DNA from: Bdellovibrionota bacterium | Lineage (GTDB): Bacteria; Bdellovibrionota_C; UBA2361; JAAYZI01 | DNA: 64,000 nt | Reading direction: 5' to 3' | NCBI GenBank assembly: GCA_050950765.1 | Contig: JBMNIF010000002.1 | Coordinates: forward strand, 448,001-512,000 | Shown: positions 19,636 to 28,558 of the stretch, in pieces | Position numbering within the stretch: the stretch's first letter is position 1 | Layout: every line of letters starts with the position of its first letter | Made by a program: the position numbers and the translations under genes | Notes under the pieces: generated by a model | Told to the model about the DNA's origin: nothing | Seen by the model: only the letters and a program-made list of their open reading frames with translations | The model's database searches: none

Positions 19636-20526
19636 ATGGATCAGGAAGGAATCGTACAACTTTACAAGGGTATTCGACGCATTAGACGTTTTGAAGAAGA
19701 GGTTGTGCTGCTCTGCCAAGAGCAGGCACTTTCAACTTCATTTCTCTCATACCGCAACCAAGAAGCTATCGCCGTTGGAGCAACCTCCGTTATCGAAGCG
19801 GATGATTTTATTATTAGCTCCGGTTGTTGCCATGGACTCTTCCTTGCACGTGGCGGTGCTATGGCGCAACTCTTTTCGGAGCTACTTGGTAAAGAGAGCG
19901 GCTGTTGTGGCGGGAATGCTGGAATTACAAATGTTTTTGATGTAGAGCACCGTTATATCGGTGGTTGGGCGCTTAGTGCGACACAGATCCCGATAGCTGC
20001 CGGTTTTGCTTATGCTCAAGTGCATCACGCTGTCCCAAATGTAACGCTCTGTTTTTTATCAAACGCAGACCTCGCTAACGGACTTTTTTATGAAACAGCA
20101 GCGTTGGCAAAGTTGTGGGAGATACCTCTTATTTTTATAGTTCAAAACTGTCACCAAAACTTTACGGATTATCAACGTGCCCGCCCATCCTTATTAACTG
20201 CGGCATACGGCAATAATCACGAAAACATTGACGGACATGATATCTTCGCTGTTCGTGCTGCCGTCCACACTGCTGTAACGGCAGCTAGAGAAAATCGTAC
20301 TGCAACCATAGTTGAAGCACATACACTTTTATCTGATCCTAAGCTACAAGAACCTTCTAAGGTAGATCCATTATCAATACTTGCCGCTAAGATCGCAGTT
20401 TTCGGAAAAGAGGAGGCTAAAGCAACAGCAGATCAAGAGATAGAAGTAGAAATTACACAAGCAAAACACCTTGCTGATTCTGCACCTCTCAAACAAAGTG
20501 AAGAGAATAGAGGAGATCTAACATGA
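19636..20526 (+). CDS. 2-oxoacid dehydrogenase E1 alpha-like protein with degenerate TPP site
   Basis: IRRFEE, QEAIAVG, ELLGKESGCCGG, LWEIPLIFIVQN and DGHDIFAV; GDG replaced by SNA; probable ATG 19636. Confidence 0.85.
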   Translation: MDQEGIVQLYKGIRRIRRFEEEVVLLCQEQALSTSFLSYRNQEAIAVGATSVIEADDFIISSGCCHGLFLARGGAMAQLFSELLGKESGCCGGNAGITNVFDVEHRYIGGWALSATQIPIAAGFAYAQVHHAVPNVTLCFLSNADLANGLFYETAALAKLWEIPLIFIVQNCHQNFTDYQRARPSLLTAAYGNNHENIDGHDIFAVRAAVHTAVTAARENRTATIVEAHTLLSDPKLQEPSKVDPLSILAAKIAVFGKEEAKATADQEIEVEITQAKHLADSAPLKQSEENRGDLT

Positions 20527-21506
20527 GAGAGCTTTCATTTACAGATGCCGTTACAGAAGCGTTATTTGCTGCCATGTCAGAAGATAGTAAAGTGCTAGCT
20601 TTTGAATGTACTTTTGAAAGAAACACCCCCACTGCAACTTGGAGTAAACTAATAGACACCTTTTCACCACAACGTGCCCGTTCCGTTAACGGATACACTA
20701 GCGCCGTTATCGGCACAGCTTTAGGAATGACCATTGCAGGGCTACGCCCCATTGTGCGCCTTGATTCACCGGCACAGATACTTTCAGCGTATCAATTTTT
20801 ATTTGATGCCGTTAGTAAACTTCCTCAGATCTCCGGCGGTAACCTCAATTCTCCACTAATCATCACCGCCCCTAGTGGTGCGGGCACCCCTTATGGTCCT
20901 CAACACGACGTGGCTATCGATACCTTAACAGCTATCATTCCGAACTTAAGTGTTGTAGTACCTTCCAACGCTTATGAAGCTAAAGGGCTTTTGTGTGCTT
21001 CCTTTCAAGAAGATCACCCCGTACTTATTTTAGAATCACCTCTTCTATACGATTCTCTGGCAGACACCCCTCAAGAAAGCTACTCTCTACCTTTAGAAGA
21101 GACTACTGTATTACGATCGGGGCACGATCTAACCCTGATTGCATGGGGGCATCACGTTAGACGTGCTTGCTACATAGCCGATCGACTCAATTCCGAGAAC
21201 ATCAAGTGCGATGTTTTAAATCTCAGGTCTCTTGCACCATTAGACCTAGACACCATCACACTTTCTGTTGAAAAAACACACCGTGTTGCTATTATAGATG
21301 ATGGTCCAACGCAGGCAGGCTTCGGAACCATTTTAGCGGCTATTATTCAACGTGAACTCTTTTCGCACCTGAAATCCCCGATAAAAGTTATCTCCTTTTG
21401 GGAGGAGTTGCCTCGTTATTTACCTAAGATTAAAGAATATGATACAGCATTTACTCACCGTTGTTTAACGGAATTAGTTGAAGAGCGTAATAAACGCCAA
21501 GTTTAA
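20523..21506 (+). CDS. 2-oxoacid dehydrogenase E1 beta-like protein (degenerate)
   Basis: GLRPIV, IPNLSVVVPSNAYEAKGLL, LRSLAPLD and SVEKTHR; ATGA overlap with the alpha gene. Confidence 0.87.
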   Translation: MRELSFTDAVTEALFAAMSEDSKVLAFECTFERNTPTATWSKLIDTFSPQRARSVNGYTSAVIGTALGMTIAGLRPIVRLDSPAQILSAYQFLFDAVSKLPQISGGNLNSPLIITAPSGAGTPYGPQHDVAIDTLTAIIPNLSVVVPSNAYEAKGLLCASFQEDHPVLILESPLLYDSLADTPQESYSLPLEETTVLRSGHDLTLIAWGHHVRRACYIADRLNSENIKCDVLNLRSLAPLDLDTITLSVEKTHRVAIIDDGPTQAGFGTILAAIIQRELFSHLKSPIKVISFWEELPRYLPKIKEYDTAFTHRCLTELVEERNKRQV

Positions 21507-21599
21507 AAAAAATAAGATGCGACATTTACTCGATGTTATTTAGTAATTAGTAAAGTTAAAGGAAAGTTTAAAAATAATTTTTAGGAACATAGAATAGCA

Positions 21600-22478
21600 G
21601 TGACACACCTTCGTTTACAAAATACATTTTTTTTCAGTGCACTGGTGTCACTTCTACTCTTATCTGCTTGCTCATCTTCAAAAACAGAACCCCCTTTAAA
21701 TGAAGATCCTCCACAGGAAAAAGAAGCTACTACCACAAAAACCCCTTCTGAGGAGGAGTTAAATAATTTTCAAGTGACCCTTGAGGATGGTTCTTCATTA
21801 GATATCTACTATCAAACACCAACTCGTCGCGACCTCGCTATCAACGTTGCCAATATGTTGCGCGAATGCCACAACAACTTTCTGGCTATTTTTGGAGAGC
21901 TGCCGCCATTTTCTACGACTATCGTTTTAGTCGATCGAGACCTTTTCTACGCTAAAACAGCATCGCCAGAGTGGATACACGCCCTCTACCATCGCGGTAA
22001 GATCTTCATACCGATTAGCCCTGATGAACCCATCGATTATATTCGCCTCTACCGCTCCCTAAAGCATGAATACACGCACTCCGTCGTTAATGTCCTTACG
22101 GAAGGGCAGTGTCCGGCTTGGATCGATGAGGGGCTGGCACAGTGGTTTGAAGGGGCTGATAAAAAAAGTGACCATTATATCTTAGCAAATTGGCTTAAAT
22201 CGCATAGAGCTATCTCGCTAGTGCGTCTACAAAAAGGTTTTGTAACCTTAAACGAAAAACAGGCTAAGGTCGGATATGCGCAATCATTTTTTGCAGTTCA
22301 AGATCTAATTAACACCTACGGGGTAAAAAGATTCCCGATCTATTTTGAATTCCTTAGACAGGAAAAGTCTCACCCTAGGAGAGCTTTTTTTAAAGCTTTC
22401 GGTCTTACGGAAAGGAGCTATGAAAAGAGATTACGCATCAAAATGAATAGATGGGCTATTAGTTACAGACGAACTTAA
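21600..22478 (+). CDS. Zinc metallopeptidase (MA clan) lipoprotein
   Basis: LSAC lipobox; HEYTH and WIDEGLAQW. Confidence 0.85.
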   Translation: MTHLRLQNTFFFSALVSLLLLSACSSSKTEPPLNEDPPQEKEATTTKTPSEEELNNFQVTLEDGSSLDIYYQTPTRRDLAINVANMLRECHNNFLAIFGELPPFSTTIVLVDRDLFYAKTASPEWIHALYHRGKIFIPISPDEPIDYIRLYRSLKHEYTHSVVNVLTEGQCPAWIDEGLAQWFEGADKKSDHYILANWLKSHRAISLVRLQKGFVTLNEKQAKVGYAQSFFAVQDLINTYGVKRFPIYFEFLRQEKSHPRRAFFKAFGLTERSYEKRLRIKMNRWAISYRRT

Positions 22479-22594
22479 GCAAAAAACGTTAAAAAATAAC
22501 TCCCTTTAAGCGAAAAACCCTTATAAAATTACTATCATCTGGTGCAACTCTTTTTTTTAGAGTAACATTTGAGGATTACTCTGAGGATTTTCCA

Positions 22595-22975
22595 ATGAAT
22601 GAAAAGAACGATGATAAACAGAAATTTTTAGGTGTACCCTCAGCAACGAAGTCGCAAACCCTTCGGCACATCAACCCGCTTGGGATGCGCGTTGTAGTAC
22701 GAATTCCGAAAGAACAGAACGTTACCGAAGGTGGTTTATACCTACCGGAAGGCGCTAAAGAGAAGATGAACGAAAGTATCGTAGCTGAGGTGGTGGAAGT
22801 AGCAAGTGCTGTGGATGGAGATACGCAAGAGGAAACCAATATCAGTGGCATCCCCTTAGGTGCCTCCATCTTAATCCCGCGTCGATCTGGTGTGCAGATT
22901 CCTTGGGATGAAACTTTACGTATCGTTGATACCAAAGAAGTTCTCGCAATTATCAATAATATTGACATTACTTAA
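22595..22975 (+). CDS. GroES-like co-chaperonin (orphan)
   Basis: INPLGMRVVV, TEGGLYLPEGAKEK mobile loop, AEVVEV and EVLAII. Confidence 0.85.
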   Translation: MNEKNDDKQKFLGVPSATKSQTLRHINPLGMRVVVRIPKEQNVTEGGLYLPEGAKEKMNESIVAEVVEVASAVDGDTQEETNISGIPLGASILIPRRSGVQIPWDETLRIVDTKEVLAIINNIDIT

Positions 22976-22982
22976 GGGGAAG

Positions 22983-24020
22983 ATGAGCGGTTTTGATTTT
23001 TTACAAGGCATCTCTTACAACGATGTTAAAGTAGCATCATTGGAGAATACTATTGAAAGTTATATCCGCTATTACGCTTCAGGCAACGGACACACTGCGC
23101 GCGCCAAGCAACTCGACCTCTCTCATTTTATGACTTTTTTAACTCGTTTGCGTGGCTACACCTCCCCAGACAAACTTAAAGTCTCCGATTGGGATGCTTC
23201 ATCGGTGCAACGTTTCGTTGATGATTCATTAAGTAAGGGCGAAGCTCCTGCTACGGTAGCACGCAGATTGGCGACCTTAAAACATATGGGGCGCACCCTT
23301 TCAGAAACTATACCTGGCTTTATAAATCCAGCACGCGAAGTAAAAACGCCGAAGACTCGAGTTTTACGACCGAAATCCCTCCTACGCGAAGAGATCGTAG
23401 CCATCAGAGAAAAAGCACAAGCTAGACTGGAAGAAAAAAAATCCTTCACCAGATTGCGTAACGAAATACTTTTTCTATTATTACTCGACACAGGGTTAAG
23501 AGCTGATGAGGTTCGTCTTTTAAAATTGAGTCAGATTGATGAAAGCCTTGAATGGATTCATAACGTTAGAACTAAAGGGCGGCAATATCGTAACGTTTAT
23601 ATCACTTCTGAGATGCGTCCACTTTTAACACAATACCTTAAAGCACGAGAAGAAAAGTTGTTACAACTTTATAAAAAACTAACCCCCGCTGAAAGTCGTT
23701 CACTACCGCTATTTATCAGTGTTTATAAAGCTGTCCCCAATAAACCAGAATCCTTCTTTATGGGAGCAAAAACTATTTGGCGTGCTATAAACGAACTTTC
23801 TACAACTACACAACTGCATCCGCACCTACTTAGACACTCCTTTGCTATGGATCTTCTAAACCACTCTACCGATATCCGTTTAGTAGCGCAGGCTTTAGGA
23901 CATAGCGATATCCGTACCACTATGCGCTACACGGAAAGACGAGAAGAAGAGATCGCACAAGCTTTAGAAGCGAGTCGTGCCCTTGCGCGCGAGAGCGATA
24001 ACCCGAAGCACCGTTCTTAG
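22983..24020 (+). CDS. Tyrosine recombinase, XerC/D-like
   Basis: APATVARRLATLK; TGLRADE, TKGR, HPHLLRHSFA, LGH and TTMRY catalytic set; ATG 22983. Confidence 0.92.
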   Translation: MSGFDFLQGISYNDVKVASLENTIESYIRYYASGNGHTARAKQLDLSHFMTFLTRLRGYTSPDKLKVSDWDASSVQRFVDDSLSKGEAPATVARRLATLKHMGRTLSETIPGFINPAREVKTPKTRVLRPKSLLREEIVAIREKAQARLEEKKSFTRLRNEILFLLLLDTGLRADEVRLLKLSQIDESLEWIHNVRTKGRQYRNVYITSEMRPLLTQYLKAREEKLLQLYKKLTPAESRSLPLFISVYKAVPNKPESFFMGAKTIWRAINELSTTTQLHPHLLRHSFAMDLLNHSTDIRLVAQALGHSDIRTTMRYTERREEEIAQALEASRALARESDNPKHRS

Positions 24021-24140
24021 TGTAATTAAAGAGGTACCCTCCTACTAGCGCTCACTTCTGTTTTTTTCTCTTAAAATATCCTACACTACCCTCTTGCAAT
24101 ACCTTTAAACAAAGCATGACCTTTTAATACAGGAGCCGCT

Positions 24141-25130
24141 ATGAAAGTTGCTGTCTTTAGTAACAAACCCGATGTGCTTACATTCCTAACTGATGCTAAT
24201 AAAGAAGCTCTGCATGAGTTAGTCTTTTTCAAACATGAACTAAACGCTTCAAGCGCTCTTTTTGCGGCAGGGTTTGATGCCGTTTGCGTCTTTGTTAATG
24301 ACAAGCTTGACAAACAAGCACTTCAAACACTTCGCGATGGCGGAACAAAGGTCGTCGCTTTGCGTGCCACTGGATACAACAATATCGATCTTGAAGCTGC
24401 TAAACAATTTGGGATTACTGTTGTGCGTGTTCCTGCCTATTCTCCATACGCCGTAGCCGAATATACGGTCGGGATGTTGCTTTCTATCAACCGCAAGATC
24501 TATCGCGGATATAATCGCGTCCGTGAAGGTAATTTTTCACTAGATGGGCTAATGGGCTACGATATTCACGATAAAACGATCGGCATAATCGGCACTGGAG
24601 AGATCGGATCTATCGTAGCTAAGATTATGCACGGTTTTGGCGCTCATATTTTAGCAACAGATAAGTTTCAAAATCAGGAATGCTTAAAATTAGGTGTTGA
24701 ATACACTGATCTAAAAACCTTATTTACACAATCTGATATCATCACCTTACACTGTCCACTGCTGCCTGAAACAAAACACTTAATAAATGAAGAATCAATT
24801 GCACAGATGAAGCACGGCGTTACGATTATTAACACCGGTCGCGGTGCTCTTATCGATACAGTTGCGGTTATCAAAGCTCTTAAATCAAAAAAGATAGAAG
24901 CTTTAGCACTTGATGTCTATGAAGAAGAAGCCGGACTTTTCTTTGAAGACCTTTCGGATGTGATTATTCAAGATGATGTTTTTACCCGTCTCTTAACATT
25001 CCCAAACGTCTTAATTACAGGGCATCAAGCCTTTTTTACAAAGGAAGCTGTTCAAAATATTGCAACCATAACGATAGAAAACCTTACTGCTCTGGAAAAA
25101 ACAGGCACATGTAAAAATATTATCTCATAA
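24141..25130 (+). CDS. ldhA: NAD-dependent D-lactate / D-2-hydroxyacid dehydrogenase
   Basis: VCVFVND, RVPAYSPYAVAE, GTGEIG, DVYEEE and NVLITGHQAFFT. Confidence 0.92.
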   Translation: MKVAVFSNKPDVLTFLTDANKEALHELVFFKHELNASSALFAAGFDAVCVFVNDKLDKQALQTLRDGGTKVVALRATGYNNIDLEAAKQFGITVVRVPAYSPYAVAEYTVGMLLSINRKIYRGYNRVREGNFSLDGLMGYDIHDKTIGIIGTGEIGSIVAKIMHGFGAHILATDKFQNQECLKLGVEYTDLKTLFTQSDIITLHCPLLPETKHLINEESIAQMKHGVTIINTGRGALIDTVAVIKALKSKKIEALALDVYEEEAGLFFEDLSDVIIQDDVFTRLLTFPNVLITGHQAFFTKEAVQNIATITIENLTALEKTGTCKNIIS

Positions 25131-25242
25131 AGTAAGGCTCACACAGAGAAGTTTTTAAAAGAGGTTTGCAGTCTTATCTTTCACTTTGACAGGGGGGGAG
25201 ATCACTATACCTTTAGTATGTAAAAAACTCTTTCAAAAAAAA

Positions 25243-25674
25243 CTACTCGTACATATCTAAAAGTTTTATCAAAACTTGTGTGCGGATATCTTGTTTCATT
25301 TTTTCCCTTGAAATAATTCCGTTAAATTTATTATCAGAAGTAGTAACGGTTACTGCAAGCGCATTGTGCTTATCTTTAAGAGAGCCACTAAACACCCCCG
25401 CTAATTTAAGTTGTGTCAAGATACGCAACATCTTCGCATCATTTTTGTGCGATTTTGCATTAGTTATTTTCCATGCCAGATCAGGTTTTTTCTCAGACAC
25501 CACATCAATCACAATATCGGGAAAAACCTCTCCCTTCGTTGCAACAAAGGTGTTTTCAACCTCATACAACCACTTATTATAACCAACCTGCTCTATGGTC
25601 GGAAGAGATCGCGCAGAGAACTCATAAAGAGAGAGACAGATAAGACAAGTTAAAAATAAAAAGAGGTATTTCAT
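25243..25674 (-). CDS. Exported hypothetical protein
   Basis: 143-aa ORF with signal-peptide-like N-terminus. Confidence 0.65.
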   Translation of the reverse strand: MKYLFLFLTCLICLSLYEFSARSLPTIEQVGYNKWLYEVENTFVATKGEVFPDIVIDVVSEKKPDLAWKITNAKSHKNDAKMLRILTQLKLAGVFSGSLKDKHNALAVTVTTSDNKFNGIISREKMKQDIRTQVLIKLLDMYE

Positions 25675-25806
25675 GGATAGATTAGATGTCCGCCAAACTT
25701 CTAATAAGTTTACAGAGCCCTTTTATATTTTTCAAGGAGTAGCCCCTTTTCTCCGCATAAATACTTTAATCCTCTCCACAGAACCTTTTTACCTTAAGAA
25801 AAAAAA

Positions 25807-26010
25807 CACTAGCTATTCCTTTTTCCTTCAGAAAAAAACACCTGTGCTGCCTCAATTAGTTTTTTACCCTCCCCTCAAAAAAAAGCACTAGCTATTCCCT
25901 TTTTCCTTCAGAAAAAAAACACCTGTGCTAACTCCATTAACTTTTTTACCCTCCCTCCAAAAAAAGACCACTAGCTATTCCTTTTTCCTTCAGAAAAAAA
26001 CACCTGCGCT
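25807..26010. repeat. Three copies (79 and 83 bp period) of the cca 3' end
   Basis: CACTAGCTATTCC at 25807, 25886, 25969; the last overlaps the stop codon. Confidence 0.93.
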
Positions 26011-27329
26011 AACTTTATTAACTTGCTTTTTTCATTTCTTTCAGGATCATCCAAGACTAGCTCTTTAAGATAATTTAAGATCTTACCAACCTCAGGCCCA
26101 GCTTTAACCCCCATAGCGAGAATATCATCCCCTGAGACAGCTAGCTTTCCATAAGCAGGCTCTTCCAACCTCTTTTTTTCCTCTTCTAAAATTTCCAGAA
26201 AAGCGTGTTTTTGCGATAAAAACTCCTCTTGCCCCATAGCGGGAGAGATATCTGCCTCCTTAAAAAGTAACCAGTTATCCAACTCACTACCGAGATCGCG
26301 CATAATCCGACGCACACCTGCTGCACCGCAGGTAAAAGACCTCATATGTTGCGCCACCAACAGAGAAACCCTCCGAATATCTTCATTCGAATAACGTAAA
26401 CGCCGCATAACGGTATTACAGATCTCCACACTTTTTGCTTCATGACAGTAAAAATGTCGTCGCCCCCCATCATCGATAGAGAGTGTTTGCGTCTTTCCGA
26501 TATCATGAAAGAGCGCTGCCAATCTTAAGATCAGATCGCGCGGAGACCTTTCAATCACGTCGAGGGTATGCTCAAAAACATCATGAATATGAAACTCATT
26601 CTGCTCAAAACCGATAGCAGGCATTATCTCCGGCAAAACCACCTCAAGTAACCCCGTTTCATATAAAAGATGAAACGCCGCCCTCGCATATTCTGAAACA
26701 AGTATCTTTGAAAACTCTTCTCGAACCCGCTCTACACTAACAGAAGAGATTAAAGCCCGAGACCTCTTTGCCGCCTCTACCGTTTCTTCCGCAACACTTC
26801 TTCCCGCTGCCGCACCAAAACGCACCATGCGCAACAACCTTAACGGATCTTCTTTAAAACGTTCTTCAGCATCCCCTACACCACGAAGTATCTTTGAACG
26901 GAGGTCTGAAAGTCCGTCATAAGGATCAAGCACCCTCCGTGTTGCAATATTAAAAGCTAGCGCATTGATGGTAAAATCTCGTGCAGAGAGATCCTCTGCA
27001 ATATCTTCAGAAAACCCAAGCACACCTCGTGCTACCCGCTTCCTAAAAGTCGTTATCTCTACGGACTCCGTTCCAACAAGAGCCGTTACCGTTCCATGCA
27101 AAAGACCTGTCTCAATAACTCGCACTCCGCAACTTTTAAGCCTCTCGCCCACCTCATCTGGTGTTAAACGTGTAGCTAGATCAATATCTCCGTCTCTCTC
27201 ACCACAAGCCACCTCCCTAATAGTTCCGCCAACTATATGCAGTGCGGCGTCTTCCCCTAACGCCGTATAAAGGGTGGCGATAGGCTCCCTTGTAGTAAGT
27301 TCACTAAGATACTTTTCCAGATCTTCCAT
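25971..27329 (-). CDS. cca: tRNA nucleotidyltransferase with HD domain
   Basis: VGGTIRE, DIDLAT, EITTFR, RDFTINA, EDPLRLLR and LFHDIGK. Confidence 0.9.
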   Translation of the reverse strand: MEDLEKYLSELTTREPIATLYTALGEDAALHIVGGTIREVACGERDGDIDLATRLTPDEVGERLKSCGVRVIETGLLHGTVTALVGTESVEITTFRKRVARGVLGFSEDIAEDLSARDFTINALAFNIATRRVLDPYDGLSDLRSKILRGVGDAEERFKEDPLRLLRMVRFGAAAGRSVAEETVEAAKRSRALISSVSVERVREEFSKILVSEYARAAFHLLYETGLLEVVLPEIMPAIGFEQNEFHIHDVFEHTLDVIERSPRDLILRLAALFHDIGKTQTLSIDDGGRRHFYCHEAKSVEICNTVMRRLRYSNEDIRRVSLLVAQHMRSFTCGAAGVRRIMRDLGSELDNWLLFKEADISPAMGQEEFLSQKHAFLEILEEEKKRLEEPAYGKLAVSGDDILAMGVKAGPEVGKILNYLKELVLDDPERNEKSKLIKLAQVFFSEGKRNS

Positions 27330-27420
27330 AAGTTCCTCGTTTTAAAACGATATGGAGTGATATTTTTTCTGTCAAGAGCCACCTATTATACAGATTTTTT
27401 TACTAATTTCCGTGAGACAC

Positions 27421-27449
27421 TTGACACTTAAGCGGCTCCCTATTATCTT
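27421..27449 (+). promoter_or_regulatory. Sigma70 promoter of tRNA-Ile
   Basis: TTGACA-N17-TATCTT ending 18 bp before the tRNA. Confidence 0.75.
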
Positions 27450-27467
27450 CCCCTTTCGTGGTGATGT

Positions 27468-27544
27468 GGGTCAGTAGCTCAGTTGGTTAGAGTACATGCC
27501 TGATAAGCATGGGGTCGGTAGTTCAACTCTACCCTGACCCACCA
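27468..27544 (+). tRNA. tRNA-Ile(GAT)
   Basis: Cloverleaf GGGTCAG/CTGACCC, anticodon arm CATGC-CTGATAA-GCATG, encoded CCA. Confidence 0.97.
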
Positions 27545-27550
27545 TTTGTA

Positions 27551-28290
27551 CCTATGTCAACTTGGCTGCGCCAAGATTGACATTACGGGCAGGAATGTTC
27601 CTGCACACCCGTAGGCTATGCCTACTCCGTACGTTGTTTTATGTCGATCTGAGCTTTTATCAAGATTGGCATTACGGGCAGGAATGTTCCTGCACACCCG
27701 TAGGCTATGCCTACTCCGTACGTTGTTTATGTCGATCTGTTGTTGCCTATGCCAACTTGGTTTCACCAAGATTGGCATTACGGAAGAGCTTTTATCAAGA
27801 TTGACATTACGGGCAGGAATGTTCCTGCACACCCGTAGGCTATGCCTACTCCGTACGTTGTTTATGTCGATCTGTTGTTGCCTATGCCAACTTGGTTTCA
27901 CCAAGATTGGCATTACGGAAGAGCTTTTATCAAGATTGACATTACGGGCAGGAATGTTCCTGCACACCCGTAGGCTATGCCTACTCCGTACGTTGTTTTA
28001 TGTCGATCTGTTGTTGCCTATGCCAACTTGGTTTCACCAAGATTGGCATTACGGAAGAGCTTTTATCAAGATTGGCATTACGGGCAGGAATGTTCCTGCA
28101 CACCCGTAGGCTATGCCTACTCCGTACGTTGTTTTATGTCGATCTGAGCTTTTATCAAGATTGACATTACGGGCAGGAATGTTCCTGCACACCCGTAGGC
28201 TATGCCTACTCCGTACGTTGTTTTATGTCGATTTGAGCTTTTATCAAGATTGACATTACGGGCAGGAATGTTCCTGCACACCCGTAGGCT
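27551..28290 (+). repeat. Seven-unit structured tandem array (89-bp and 135/136-bp units)
   Basis: CAAGATTGRCATTACGGGCAGGAATGTTCCTGCACACCCGTAGGCT at 27572, 27661, 27796, 27931, 28067, 28156, 28245. Confidence 0.97.
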
Positions 28291-28305
28291 AAGATTGGTA
28301 TTACA

Positions 28306-28333
28306 AACAGCCAAGTTATGGCTGTTGTTTTTT
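28306..28333 (+). terminator. Terminator-like hairpin between the array and tRNA-Ala
   Basis: AACAGCCA-agtta-TGGCTGTT followed by GTTTTTT. Confidence 0.5.
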
Positions 28334-28343
28334 AGTTTTTAGT

Positions 28344-28419
28344 GGGCTCATAGCTCAGCTGGGAGAGCATCGGCTTTGCAAGCCGGGGGTCAAGGGTTCG
28401 ATCCCCTTTGAGTCCACCA
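28344..28419 (+). tRNA. tRNA-Ala(TGC)
   Basis: Cloverleaf, anticodon loop TTTGCAA, G3:U70 pair, encoded CCA. Confidence 0.97.
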
Positions 28420-28558
28420 TCTTTTTTTTAACTCTTAACTTCTCTCTTTCACTTAAATCTTTTAAGGCTACTTAAAGCTACCCAATCCCCCTAACCGAAG
28501 CAGTTTTTTCAAAAACCTCCAACTTTAAAAAACTTCTAAAAACTCAAAAGTTAGAAAA

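Noticed and set aside
27551..28290. CRISPR array
   Set aside because: Inter-repeat sequences are repeated rather than unique, units are 89-136 bp, and no cas genes are in the window.
27557..28314. ORFs within the tRNA-linked array
   Set aside because: Products of repeat periodicity on both strands; frames break between units.
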